A DNA stretch of 43,428 bases from Firmicutes bacterium CAG:238 (GCA_963659105.1 CAVKTQ010000003.1:13228-56655); one strand, 5' to 3'; counted from the first letter of the stretch, positions 9,835-19,238 are shown. The notes: generated by a model from the letters alone, not told the origin. Made by a program: numbers and translations.

Positions 9835-12051
9835 ATGAAAAGAAAATTTGCGATTACGATTGCATTTTTGCTTGTCGCATTGCTTGCGGCAACACTTGTC
9901 GCTTGCGACATCGATGACGGCAAAACCCCAAACGGAATTGTTTTAAGGGAAGATATGACGTTGGGCGAACTGATAGAAATGGCAAGTGATGTCAAAAGTG
10001 CAACAGTAAAGGCATACGACGAAAGCAATCAACTGATATATGAAAAATATTACAGCGAAAATGCCTGTATATGTTATTTTTATGAAGATAAAGATTTGTA
10101 TTCGTCGCTCGATATGCACGACACTCAGGGGTGGATATTGGACGGATCATTACTCTATCAATTTTACAAAGATGGCGATGATACAAAAATGGCTGTCGTC
10201 GATTATGATGGTTATGATTATGGTTTTTTCGCCATATCTTGTGCCGAAAGCATTTTGGAATGCATCACCGGCGGCAACAGTACAATAGAAAATAACACAA
10301 TTGTTTTTACATCTGTTTTTATATTAGGGTACACTTATATCCCTACTATTGTTTATTCGAACTTAAATAGTACAGAATTTGCACTTCCGAAAGAGTTTGC
10401 AAATTGTAAAGAAGAAGCCGAAACACGTCCTATGCTTGAATATGAGACAACGCCTTTTGAAAACGACGATACAAAATGTAAAATAACAAAAATTAATTGC
10501 AACGACAATTATGAGCTTTTGAAATCAATCGATATCGTTATTCCAAAAACCATTGATGGAAAAACCATCACTGAAATCGGTGAAAATGTGTTTGGATGGG
10601 GCAGTTATTCACGTACTAATGTCAATGTGATAATTCCCGATAGTGTTACAAACATCGGTGATGATGCTTTTTGTTGGTGTCTCGGGCTTTCAAACGTCAC
10701 AATCAGCAACAGTGTGACGAACATCGGCGAATCTGCTTTCGAGAATTGCAGCGGTTTGACGAGCATAACAATCCCAAACAGCGTGACGAACATCGGCAAT
10801 TATGCTTTCTCTGGTTGCAGAAGTTTGACGAGCGTAACAATCGGCAACGGTGTGACGAGCATTGGCAAAAATGTATTTTCCGGTTGTGAGGGTTTAACGA
10901 GCGTCACAATTCCCGAGAGCGTTACGAGCATCGGTGATGATGCTTTTAGTGGGTGTATCGCATTTACAGATATTACGATTCCAAATAGTGTGACTAGCAT
11001 TGGAAATTATGCCTTTTATCATTGCAATGGATTAGTGTATATTGATATTCCGAACAGTGTGACGAGTATAGGCGAGCATGCTTTTGAACGTTGCGAGGGA
11101 TTGTCCGGCGTGACGATTCCCGAGAGTGTTACAAAAATCGGAGACTATGCCTTTTGTAAATGCGATCAATTGGCAAGTGTTACGGTACCAACCGGTGTGA
11201 CGAGTATAGGCGCAGGCGCCGTTTCTGATTGTGCAAAACTGACAACTGTAAACTGGTATGCAACCGCATGTACAACGACGCAATCTGTCTTTTACGATTG
11301 TTTGAACCTAACCGAGTTGAATATAGGCGATAATGTAACAACAATCCCTGCTTATGCCTTTCGTGGTTGTGATGGACTGACAAGTTTAACAATTCCGAAC
11401 AGTGTGACGAGTATAGGAAATGACGCCTTTGTTGGTTGTCGGCGGCTTATTGAAGTGTACAACAAATCATCACTAGATATGGAAGAAAACAGTTTGAGGA
11501 ACTACGGCTTAGATTATATATTGAACGTCTATACGGAAGAAGGCGGAAGTAAACTATCTGTTGATAAAGATGGCTATGTGATATACACAGACGAAGGGAC
11601 GAAGAGCCTTGTTGCATATCACGGAACAGATACGGACATTGTTTTGCCAAGCGGAATCACTACAATTAATCAATACGCCTTCATATATAATGACGGAATT
11701 GCCAGCATCGTAATTCCCGATAGTGTTACAAACATCGGCGATGATGCTTTTTGTTGGTGTCTCGGGCTTTCAAACGTCACAATCGGCAACGGTGTGACGA
11801 GCATTGGCAAAAATGTATTTTCCGGTTGTGAGGGTTTAACGAGCGTCACAATTCCCGAGAGCGTTACGAGCATCGGTGATGATGCTTTTGAGAGGTGCTT
11901 CGAATTAGAAACAATATATTTTAATGGTACAGTGGAAGAATTCAATAAGATTTCCATCGGTGCAAGTGCTTTCGGTAGTACAAAAGCCAAGACCGTTATA
12001 TGCACAAATGGTACTGTAGATAAATACTTCAATGATAGCATCGGCGATTAA
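9835..12051 (+). CDS. Surface lipoprotein with BspA-type leucine-rich repeats (LRR_5-like)
   Basis: ATG 9835 follows GGAGGAG. Signal peptide plus lipobox (LLAATLVAC). More than 15 repeats of about 23 aa of the form IPnSVTsIGdyAFsgCxxLtsV. The in-frame extension back to 9685 lacks an RBS and I reject it. Confidence 0.85.
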   Translation: MKRKFAITIAFLLVALLAATLVACDIDDGKTPNGIVLREDMTLGELIEMASDVKSATVKAYDESNQLIYEKYYSENACICYFYEDKDLYSSLDMHDTQGWILDGSLLYQFYKDGDDTKMAVVDYDGYDYGFFAISCAESILECITGGNSTIENNTIVFTSVFILGYTYIPTIVYSNLNSTEFALPKEFANCKEEAETRPMLEYETTPFENDDTKCKITKINCNDNYELLKSIDIVIPKTIDGKTITEIGENVFGWGSYSRTNVNVIIPDSVTNIGDDAFCWCLGLSNVTISNSVTNIGESAFENCSGLTSITIPNSVTNIGNYAFSGCRSLTSVTIGNGVTSIGKNVFSGCEGLTSVTIPESVTSIGDDAFSGCIAFTDITIPNSVTSIGNYAFYHCNGLVYIDIPNSVTSIGEHAFERCEGLSGVTIPESVTKIGDYAFCKCDQLASVTVPTGVTSIGAGAVSDCAKLTTVNWYATACTTTQSVFYDCLNLTELNIGDNVTTIPAYAFRGCDGLTSLTIPNSVTSIGNDAFVGCRRLIEVYNKSSLDMEENSLRNYGLDYILNVYTEEGGSKLSVDKDGYVIYTDEGTKSLVAYHGTDTDIVLPSGITTINQYAFIYNDGIASIVIPDSVTNIGDDAFCWCLGLSNVTIGNGVTSIGKNVFSGCEGLTSVTIPESVTSIGDDAFERCFELETIYFNGTVEEFNKISIGASAFGSTKAKTVICTNGTVDKYFNDSIGD
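11711..11888 (+). repeat. Intragenic near-identical duplication inside the LRR gene
   Basis: 11711-11786 matches 10631-10706 with one mismatch. 11778-11888 matches 10838-10947 with no differences seen. The two source blocks are about 130 bp apart at the first site and fused at the second. Confidence 0.85.
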
Positions 12052-12118
12052 TGTAAAAAAAAGAGATTAGAAGTCGGTTTTATCAATCTAAATAATTGTA
12101 GACTGGATTGTCTAATTG

Positions 12119-12145
12119 AAAAACGCACCGTCGGGTGCGTTTTTT
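12119..12145. terminator. Bidirectional intrinsic terminator
   Basis: AAAAACGCACC gtcg GGTGCGTTTTT, flanked by A-runs and T-runs, lying between convergent ORFs. Confidence 0.8.
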
Positions 12146-12167
12146 GATCGATTCTCACGAGAGGGGA

Positions 12168-12350
12168 TTACCAGTCCTCACGGTGATTGATTTTGACATC
12201 GTCGTAATACTCAAAGTACTTTTGTTTGTATCTCTGAGTTTCGTTGCGGTGGCGTTTGAGTTCCTCTCTCGCCGCCTTTTCGGCTTCGTTTTTCGGTTCT
12301 GCACCCTTTACTTCGTCAATAGGGGTGAGATTGTATTTCAAATAATCCAT
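12168..12350 (-). CDS. Small hypothetical protein (60 aa, charged)
   Basis: The ORF reads MDYLKYNLTPIDEVKG...YFEYYDDVKINHREDW. Composition is protein-like and it is followed by the shared terminator, but I see no clear RBS upstream. Confidence 0.4.
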   Translation of the reverse strand: MDYLKYNLTPIDEVKGAEPKNEAEKAAREELKRHRNETQRYKQKYFEYYDDVKINHREDW

Positions 12351-12362
12351 ATTAATTTGTAA

Positions 12363-12835
12363 GTGATATTGCACTTATGGTGCAGTGATATTGTCTTACG
12401 ACAGCGATATTGTTGCTTCGCAACGGTGATATTGCGACTTTGTCGCAGTTGCGGAATATTCAAATTTTCCGCTTGCGCACGAAGTGCGCTTCACAAAGCA
12501 GATAATTTGGCGAAACTGTGGCTTGAATCTTTATCCGTGCCTGAACTGATAGCGCAAATTCTCTGCGCGGTTAGTGATTGCGAGAACAAGTGCGGCTTTT
12601 GACAATCGCCCCAAAAGTTTACGTTTCTATTTAGGGGATTCCCACGCTTCGCTCTGAATGACAAAGTGGGCGATTGACGTTGCCACAACGTAGTTTGAGC
12701 AATGGCTCGCCGCTTTGCGGCTCGTGTTCCGTCTGCGAATGAGCAGATACCGTTTATAAGTAGGCTTCGAATTAGTTTTCGTTTCGGGTGTGGGCAGAGC
12801 CCACCCAAAATTATTCATTATTAATTATTAATTAA
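12363..12835. repeat. Mosaic repeat locus R3: hairpin/linker array plus hp (12363-12462), partial inverted L (12463-12610), half F element (12634-12662), T module (12784-12835)
   Basis: GTGATAT-linked hairpins TGCACTtatGGTGCA, TGTCttacGACA, GTTGCttcGCAAC and TGCGACtttGTCGCA. These are followed by GCGGAATATTCAAATTTTCCGC and by GCGCACgaaGTGCGC...AAGCAGATAATTTGGCGAAACTGTGGC, which match the other L copies. Confidence 0.9.
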
Positions 12836-13125
12836 ATCTGTATATGTTCCACGTCGTCGCGGGTGCTGCGCTTGTATATCACGATTTTGTTGCCGATTGC
12901 GGTTACGGGTTCTGCGCCGGTCTTTTGGCATACCTCGTCCAAAACGTCTTTGGCGTTTGCCTCTGCGTTGCGAAGGACGGATATTTTGACAAGTTCGTGA
13001 AGTTCGAGCGCAAGACAAATGTCCTTGACTTGGTTGTCGCCCACGCCGTTTTTGCCGATTTGGAAGATTGGATTTATCGTTTGCGCCATACTGCGAAGTT
13101 TTGCGCGTTGCGTGCTTGTTATCAT
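12832..13125 (-). CDS. yhbY: Ribosome assembly RNA-binding protein YhbY (CRM domain)
   Basis: 97 aa. LTSTQRAKLRS...NPIFQIGKNGV...ELVKI is the typical YhbY signature. RBS GAGGTAA. Confidence 0.88.
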   Translation of the reverse strand: MITSTQRAKLRSMAQTINPIFQIGKNGVGDNQVKDICLALELHELVKISVLRNAEANAKDVLDEVCQKTGAEPVTAIGNKIVIYKRSTRDDVEHIQI

Positions 13126-13218
13126 TGATTACCTCGATTGTTCGATTGCGCCGTGCAATCTGCAGAAACTGTATTTTGTCACCGATATATTAGCATTTTT
13201 GGCGGCAGTATGCAAGCG

Positions 13219-14400
13219 TCACGACATTTTTCTGTCCACGTCGATGACGAAAAAGTATTTTACGGGGTCGTTTGCAAACTCTTGTTTCATAGCGTTTTTC
13301 ACGTCGTTGAGGCAAATTTTGCTGTCGTAGGGGATTACGACGTCGAAAATCATATTTGTGTGCGTTTGTCCGCTGACGATGCGAAAATCGTGCAACGAAA
13401 GCCCCTCGTCGAGGTTGGCAAGCGCGTTTTGAGCGCGAAGTTTGAGTTCGGCAAGTTTCTCGTTTTTGGTATCCACAGGGTCCATATGTATGGTGATTCT
13501 CACATGCATTTCGTTCCAAAAGTCGTGTTCGATGTTGTCTATGACGTCGTGGCTCTTGGTTATTTCAACGTCCTGCGGCACTTCGACGTGCGCAACGACA
13601 AAGCAATGATTCTCGCCGTAACTGTGCACGACAAGATCGTGAACGCCTATAACGCCGTCGTAGGAAAGTATTTTCGCCGTGATTTTGTCAACGAGTTCCT
13701 TGGGCGGCTTTTCGCCGAGAATAGGGGATATGGATTCCTTCACGAGAAGTATGCTCGACACGATGATAAACGCCGACACCGCGATACCCATTATGCCGTC
13801 CACGCTCACTTTGGGGCTGATTTTGTCGCCCGCAACGTCGATGACTATCGTTGATATTAAGACGGCGACGGTGGCGAGCACGTCGTTTCTGCTGTCCGCC
13901 GCAGAGGCTTTGAGCGCACCGCTGTTTATCGCTTTCGAGAAGTCGAGATATATGAGCATTTGCACGAGTTTCATTGCGATTGCCGCGCCCAAAACGACGT
14001 AGGTGTATACGCTTACGCTCACCGCTTCGGGCGTAATACACTTTTCGATGGACGATTTCAAAAGCAGTATTCCGATAAAAAGCACCGTGACCGACACGAG
14101 CAGAGAAGTTATGTATTCGTACCTTGCGTGACCGAACGGGTGATCCTTGTCGGGCGGCGTGGCGGAAAGTTTGAATCCCACGAGCGTGACGACGCTGCTT
14201 CCTGCGTCCGACAAGTTGTTGATTGCGTCCGCAACGATTGTTATGCTGTTGCCGATGATACCGACGATAAGTTTGAACACGCAAAGCAAGGCGTTGGATA
14301 TTATGCCGAACACGCCGGCGACAAGCCCGTAGCGGAAGCGCACTTTCGGGTCTTTGGTGTTTTGATAATCTTTTATAAGCAGTTTGCGAATGAATTTCAT
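13219..14400 (-). CDS. Cation diffusion facilitator (CDF) family metal efflux transporter
   Basis: 393 aa. A six-TM N-terminal domain contains ADAINNLSDAGSS and HPFGHARYE motifs. The cytoplasmic C-terminal domain contains HDLVVHSYG. Confidence 0.88.
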   Translation of the reverse strand: MKFIRKLLIKDYQNTKDPKVRFRYGLVAGVFGIISNALLCVFKLIVGIIGNSITIVADAINNLSDAGSSVVTLVGFKLSATPPDKDHPFGHARYEYITSLLVSVTVLFIGILLLKSSIEKCITPEAVSVSVYTYVVLGAAIAMKLVQMLIYLDFSKAINSGALKASAADSRNDVLATVAVLISTIVIDVAGDKISPKVSVDGIMGIAVSAFIIVSSILLVKESISPILGEKPPKELVDKITAKILSYDGVIGVHDLVVHSYGENHCFVVAHVEVPQDVEITKSHDVIDNIEHDFWNEMHVRITIHMDPVDTKNEKLAELKLRAQNALANLDEGLSLHDFRIVSGQTHTNMIFDVVIPYDSKICLNDVKNAMKQEFANDPVKYFFVIDVDRKMS

Positions 14401-14438
14401 ATGTTATATTCTCTCTCGGTTGTTATTACTAAAATATT

Positions 14439-14470
14439 CCCCGAAAATCTCGATGTCAAGATTTTCGGGG
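14439..14470 (-). terminator. Intrinsic terminator downstream of potD
   Basis: 12-bp stem CCCCGAAAATCT / AGATTTTCGGGG, followed on the minus strand by a T-rich tract. Confidence 0.75.
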
Positions 14471-14484
14471 AAGTATGTGTTTTT

Positions 14485-14545
14485 ATATTAATTAAGATAT
14501 TTTGGGGTGTGGGGTGAAACCCCGCCCGAAATTATTGATTATTAA
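14485..14545. repeat. T module copy overlapping the end of potD
   Basis: GGGGTGTGGGGTGAAACCCCGCCCGAA followed by ATTATTGATTATTAA. The AT-rich part encodes the last codons (LNNQ) and the stop codon of potD. Confidence 0.7.
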
Positions 14546-15998
14546 GTTTCTTTGTCTTTCTAGGTCGTACTTTAATTGCTTGCACTATGAAGTACACGCC
14601 GACGACAACAGCGATTGCGCCGACTATCGCCAAAAGGACGTACCAAAGATTTACGTCCACGCCGTCGCCCGATTTCGCTCTTTGCCACATATTGACCACG
14701 ACGTCGTTGCGCTTTCCGAAGTCGCGCATAACGCCCAAAGTGTCGTTGATGACGGGGTAGCGCCCCTCGTCGGCAAAGTATTCTTCGACGTCGTATTCGC
14801 AATCTTCAAGGTATGCGCAAACGTCCTCGTCGGCTTGAAGCAACGCCTTGTTGGTTGCCGAAGTGTAGCCGATTGCAACCGAGTTGCGCACGGAACTTAA
14901 CGGATTGCACATATAGTCGATAAACATCATTGCGGCGAGTTTGTTGTTGACGGACGTCGGTATGCACCAGCCGTCGTACCAAATGTTGCTCGCCACGTCG
15001 GGGACGTAGTAGCCGAGTTGATAGGCGCCCGTTTCCTCGTCGTAGCCGCCTTCCTCGATTGCCCAAAGCGCGTCGCCGCTCCACGCAAAGTCGGCGTAGA
15101 CGATTTCGTTTATCATATCGTCCTTGCCGAAATCAACCTCGTATCCCGAGATATGCTCGCGTTGCTCTGTAAGCACTTTTTCCGCTGCCGCAACCATTTC
15201 GTCGTCGGTGCAGTTGATGAGTTCTTGCACGGAATAGGACTTATATTTTTCGGGGAGGAGGTTGTATTCGTACATATAAAAGATTGCGGCGGCGTAGGTG
15301 TCGCGCACGCTGTCTTTCATAAGGATTTTGTTTTCGAGTTTCTCGTTTTTCTGAACGTTCCAAAGCACGCCCCAGCCGTATTGTTCGAGTTCTTCGAGGC
15401 TGACGACGGACGTGTTGTAGAGTATGCCGAGCGTGCCGCACATATAAGGAACCATATATTCTGTCATGTCATGGCTTGCGCCGTCTTGCGACTTTACGTC
15501 GTTGAACATGCTCGATATCACGTCCATAATATCGGGGTCGATGTTGCCCCAACCCGACCTTAAACTGCTCATATTGTCAAGTGAAATACCGTATTTGGTC
15601 AAATCATCCTGAATTTCGGCTTTTATGTCGTTGTGGTTGAGAAGGCAGTTTGCCGTGAGCAATTTTTCGATTGCGTATTCGCTCGGGCAAATCAAATCGA
15701 CGTTTGCGTCGCCTTTGAGCACCTTTGTCATCATCGTTTCGTTGGTGTCGAAAGTGGTGTAGGTAATAGAAAGCGCGCGCCCCGTTTTTTCTTTGTAGTA
15801 GTCGGCAAATTCGTCGAGCAAAGTCTTGCCCGTTTCCTCGTCGATTTCTGCGTCGATATAGTCTTCCCAGTTGTAGATGACAAGTTTGTCGCCGCCGCTT
15901 TCGCCCTTTGCGCCGTTGTTGCAGGCGGTGAGGACGGGAAGCAAAGTCGCACTCAAAACGAGGACGAGTACAATCAAGGTTGCAATGCGTTTTTTCAT
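14532..15998 (-). CDS. potD: Spermidine/putrescine ABC transporter substrate-binding lipoprotein with an extra C-terminal TM helix
   Basis: ATG 15998 follows AAGGAGG. Lipobox LLPVLTAC. PotD-like body (LVIYNWEDYID...). The C-terminus LWYVLLAIVGAIAVVVGVYFIVQAI plus a basic tail looks like a membrane anchor. The 700-aa ORF extension overlaps potC and I reject it. Confidence 0.85.
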   Translation of the reverse strand: MKKRIATLIVLVLVLSATLLPVLTACNNGAKGESGGDKLVIYNWEDYIDAEIDEETGKTLLDEFADYYKEKTGRALSITYTTFDTNETMMTKVLKGDANVDLICPSEYAIEKLLTANCLLNHNDIKAEIQDDLTKYGISLDNMSSLRSGWGNIDPDIMDVISSMFNDVKSQDGASHDMTEYMVPYMCGTLGILYNTSVVSLEELEQYGWGVLWNVQKNEKLENKILMKDSVRDTYAAAIFYMYEYNLLPEKYKSYSVQELINCTDDEMVAAAEKVLTEQREHISGYEVDFGKDDMINEIVYADFAWSGDALWAIEEGGYDEETGAYQLGYYVPDVASNIWYDGWCIPTSVNNKLAAMMFIDYMCNPLSSVRNSVAIGYTSATNKALLQADEDVCAYLEDCEYDVEEYFADEGRYPVINDTLGVMRDFGKRNDVVVNMWQRAKSGDGVDVNLWYVLLAIVGAIAVVVGVYFIVQAIKVRPRKTKKLNNQ

Positions 15999-16822
15999 AC
16001 GTTCGCCTCCTTGTTCTTTTTCTTCTCGCGCGAGATTTTGACGAGGTTTATCGAAAGCACGCCGGCAAGAACGATTACGAATATAATCGAGAATATCGCA
16101 TACCAGAACGGTTCGAGACCTTGCACGCGCGCGTCCGAATAAATGTAGGTGGACAGGGTGTTGATGCCCGTTGCCGCGCCCTTGTTGATTTGAGTGATGA
16201 TGAAGTCGTCCATAGACATTATGAACGCCATGACGAATCCGCTGACGATGCCCGGCGTTATGATGGGAATCATCACCTTGACCAGAGCCTTGAACGGATT
16301 TGCGCCGAGGTCGAGAGCCGCTTCGTAAATGTTGGGGTCCATAGATTCGAGTTTGGGAAGCACGCTCAAAACGACGTAGGGGGTGCAGAACGCTATGTGC
16401 GCGATGATGAGGCGCAAGTATCCTTCGGGAAAAGCGAACGTGATGAAGAACACCATCATAGAAACCGCCATAACGATTTCGCTGTTGATGATGGGGAATT
16501 GGTTGACGTTTTCCACGATACGTCTTGCTCGCTTGCCGAGGTTGAAGATGCCGATAGAGGCGAACGTACCCATAATCGTCGCCACGACGGAAGATATGCT
16601 CGCGATGATAAACGTGTTTGCGATCGCGCTCCAAAGGTCGGGCGATTTGTCCGATTTGAATATCGAAACGTACGCCTCGAAACTGAATCCGTTGTCGAAA
16701 TTGAAGTTGGAACTGTTGGAAAACGAGTACACGATGAGAAGGACTATCGGCGCGTACAGTATCGCGAGGATAATCAAAAGATAGAACTTTTCAAAAAAGC
16801 CTATAATCTTTTCTTTTACCAT
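15995..16822 (-). CDS. potC: Spermidine/putrescine ABC transporter permease
   Basis: 275 aa, six-TM permease with an EAA-like loop (YEAALDLGANPFKAL). Its ends overlap potD and potB by 4 and 7 nt. Confidence 0.88.
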   Translation of the reverse strand: MVKEKIIGFFEKFYLLIILAILYAPIVLLIVYSFSNSSNFNFDNGFSFEAYVSIFKSDKSPDLWSAIANTFIIASISSVVATIMGTFASIGIFNLGKRARRIVENVNQFPIINSEIVMAVSMMVFFITFAFPEGYLRLIIAHIAFCTPYVVLSVLPKLESMDPNIYEAALDLGANPFKALVKVMIPIITPGIVSGFVMAFIMSMDDFIITQINKGAATGINTLSTYIYSDARVQGLEPFWYAIFSIIFVIVLAGVLSINLVKISREKKKNKEANV

Positions 16823-17616
16823 AGCGACCTCCTCACAGCGTTGCTGTTGCGATTGAATTTGTTCATAACGAAGTTGGATATAAGCACGAACACGAGCATA
16901 ACGAGGCTCATTATCGAGCCCACGCCGTACATGCCTTGCTCGAAACTCAGTTGTATCGAATCGCCGAAAAGGAATATCTTTCCGTTCGAGAGCAGTTGCG
17001 AGATCGCATACGTCGAAATCGTGGGGATAAACACCATCGTGATTCCGCTGAATATGCCGCTCATAGAGAGGGGAAGCGTGGTTTTCAAAAAGACGGTCGC
17101 TTTGTCCGCGCCCAAGTCCTGCGCCGCTTCGATATAACTCTTGTCAATGCCAGAAATGGTGGTGTGCAAGGGAAGAATCATAAACGGCAGATAATTGTAC
17201 ACCATACCGAAAAGCACCGTACCCATACCCAGTTCCACGCCGAGCGCAATGAAGATAGCCTTCGTCGCGAGCGTGCGGATAAGGAAGTTTACGCCCATGG
17301 GAATGACGTACAAAAGCACGAGTATGCGTCCGCTCGACATCTTCGAGAGGAAGTAGGCGACGGGATAGCCTATAACGAGGCACAATACCGTCGTTATCAC
17401 GCCCACGAGCAGTGAATTGCCAAGCACCACGAGGCTTGATTTCGACGTAAAGAATGTCTTGAAGTTTTCAAGAGTCAGATTGTTGTCGCTGTCGAGAAAC
17501 GCGTTTACGAGGATAAGCACGAGCGGCGTCACCACGAACAGCAACAAGAAAAGGATGTAGGGGATCGAAAACACCTTTTTCGTCAATCTGAATTTTTTGC
17601 GAGAGGTGTTTTTCAC
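16816..17616 (-). CDS. potB: Spermidine/putrescine ABC transporter permease
   Basis: 266 aa permease with the EAA loop IEAAQDLGADKATVF. Translationally coupled to potA (ATGA overlap). Confidence 0.88.
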   Translation of the reverse strand: MKNTSRKKFRLTKKVFSIPYILFLLLFVVTPLVLILVNAFLDSDNNLTLENFKTFFTSKSSLVVLGNSLLVGVITTVLCLVIGYPVAYFLSKMSSGRILVLLYVIPMGVNFLIRTLATKAIFIALGVELGMGTVLFGMVYNYLPFMILPLHTTISGIDKSYIEAAQDLGADKATVFLKTTLPLSMSGIFSGITMVFIPTISTYAISQLLSNGKIFLFGDSIQLSFEQGMYGVGSIMSLVMLVFVLISNFVMNKFNRNSNAVRRSLW

Positions 17617-19238
17617 TCTTCATCCTCCTTTTCGTCGCTCGATTGCTCGGCCTCTTGCTGTTCGGCTTCGATTATGATTTCCTCCACCGCGTCGAATTTT
17701 TCGGGTTCTGTGAGGCGCGCCTCTTCGATTGCTTCCTGCTCCTCTTTTGTGAGGGTTTCGTCCTTGACGACGGTTTCAACGACCTGTTCTTCCTCGTCGC
17801 GTTGTTCGATAACGATCTTTTCGGGCGCGATCTTGATGCCTACGCGGTCGCCTTTGAGCCAATCGTCGTCGGTGTCGGCAAAGAAGATGTAGTGGTCGTC
17901 CGTCGAGAGTATGGCTTGATAGTAACTGCCCTTGTATATGGACGAAAGCACGGTTGCGCCGATCTGTCCGTCCTCTTCGTCGTCGGTGATTTCCACGTCG
18001 TCGAAGTCGACGAACACCTTGACGGGCGTTTCGACGGGAAGGTCGGTTTTGCACTCGAAGTCCGTTCCGCAAATCTCGACGAGGTTTTCGCCCGTGATGT
18101 AGGTGTCGATTTCGTTGATGATGCGAGTCTTGTGCATGATGTGAAGGTCAAACGGCTTGATGTAGATTCCCACCGTTTCGCCCACGTCGTAAGTGTCGGT
18201 GTCGTGCGCCACGATTTCGTTGCCGTTGGCAAGCAGGGTGATTTGATAGTGGTCGCCCTTGAACACGGACGAGATGACCTCCGCCGTGAGGATGGTGCGC
18301 TTGTCGTCTACCTTTTTGATTTTCACGTCCTCGGGACGAATGATAACGTCGATGGGTTCGTTGTGCTTGAATCCCTTGTCCACGCACTCGAAAACGGTGT
18401 CGCAAAACTCGACTTTGCAGTCTTCGAGCATAGTTCCCGAAAGAATGGTGCTTTCGCCGATGAAGTCCGCGACGAACGCGTTTGCAGGCTCGTCGTACAC
18501 CTTTTCGGGGGAAGCGATTTGCTGAATTTCGCCAAGACGCATAACCACGATTTTGTCGGACATCGTGAGCGCTTCTTCCTGATCGTGCGTGACGTAAATG
18601 AAGGTTATGCCCAGTCTTTTGTGCATATCCATAAGTTCGAGTTGCATATCCTTGCGCATTTTGAGGTCGAGTGCGCCCAAAGGCTCGTCGAGGAGCAGCA
18701 CTTCGGGTTCGTTGACGAGCGCGCGTGCGATTGCGACGCGTTGTTGTTGTCCGCCGCTGAGCGAGGATACGTTTCTGTGTCCGTAGTCTTCGAGGTCAAC
18801 CATTTTGAGAGCGTTGTTCACTTTCTCTTTGATTTCCGCTTTGGTGTACTTTCTGAAAAGTTGGATGGTTTCGCCTTTCTTGTTGACTTTTGTGCCGTTG
18901 GGAATAACTTTGAGTTTAAGCCCGAACGCGATGTTGTTAAAGACGTTCAAATGCGGGAAAAGCGCGTATTTTTGGAATACGGTATTTACGGGGCGAAGGT
19001 GGGGCGGAGTGTCCGTGATGTCCTTGCCGTTGAAAATGATTTTTCCGCTCGTGGGCATTTCAAAACCGGCAATCATACGAAGGGTCGTAGTTTTGCCGCA
19101 GCCGCTCGGACCGAGCAAAGTGACAAATTCGCCGCGCTTAATCGTAAGGCTGGCGTTTTTGACCACTTGTTTGCCGTCGTACTCTTTGTAGACGTTGCGA
19201 AGTTCGATGATGTTGTCAACAGGTGTTTTGTTTGTCAT
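17613..19238 (-). CDS. potA: Spermidine/putrescine ABC transporter ATPase with a duplicated C-terminal regulatory (TOBE-like) domain and an acidic tail
   Basis: ATG 19238 (MTNKTPVDNIIELRNV) with AAGGGG upstream. Walker A GPSGCGKTT, signature LSGGQQQRVAIARAL, Walker B LLLDEP. At 541 aa it is roughly 170 aa longer than a typical PotA. Confidence 0.9.
   Translation of the reverse strand: MTNKTPVDNIIELRNVYKEYDGKQVVKNASLTIKRGEFVTLLGPSGCGKTTTLRMIAGFEMPTSGKIIFNGKDITDTPPHLRPVNTVFQKYALFPHLNVFNNIAFGLKLKVIPNGTKVNKKGETIQLFRKYTKAEIKEKVNNALKMVDLEDYGHRNVSSLSGGQQQRVAIARALVNEPEVLLLDEPLGALDLKMRKDMQLELMDMHKRLGITFIYVTHDQEEALTMSDKIVVMRLGEIQQIASPEKVYDEPANAFVADFIGESTILSGTMLEDCKVEFCDTVFECVDKGFKHNEPIDVIIRPEDVKIKKVDDKRTILTAEVISSVFKGDHYQITLLANGNEIVAHDTDTYDVGETVGIYIKPFDLHIMHKTRIINEIDTYITGENLVEICGTDFECKTDLPVETPVKVFVDFDDVEITDDEEDGQIGATVLSSIYKGSYYQAILSTDDHYIFFADTDDDWLKGDRVGIKIAPEKIVIEQRDEEEQVVETVVKDETLTKEEQEAIEEARLTEPEKFDAVEEIIIEAEQQEAEQSSDEKEDEE

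Noticed and set aside
12627-12818. Small ORFs inside repeat loci (12491-12808 -, 12627-12818 -, 1439-1624 -, 31678-32064 -, 32255-32464 -, 12363-12602 +)
   Set aside because: Homologous DNA copies are read in different frames or interrupted by indels, and no RBS is present. They are typical spurious ORFs from repeat elements.
14532-16634. 700-aa ORF implying a very large PotD fusion
   Set aside because: The upstream 211 residues are an Arg/His-rich out-of-frame read-through of potC. A strong RBS, an ATG and a lipoprotein signal peptide at 15998 define the real start.
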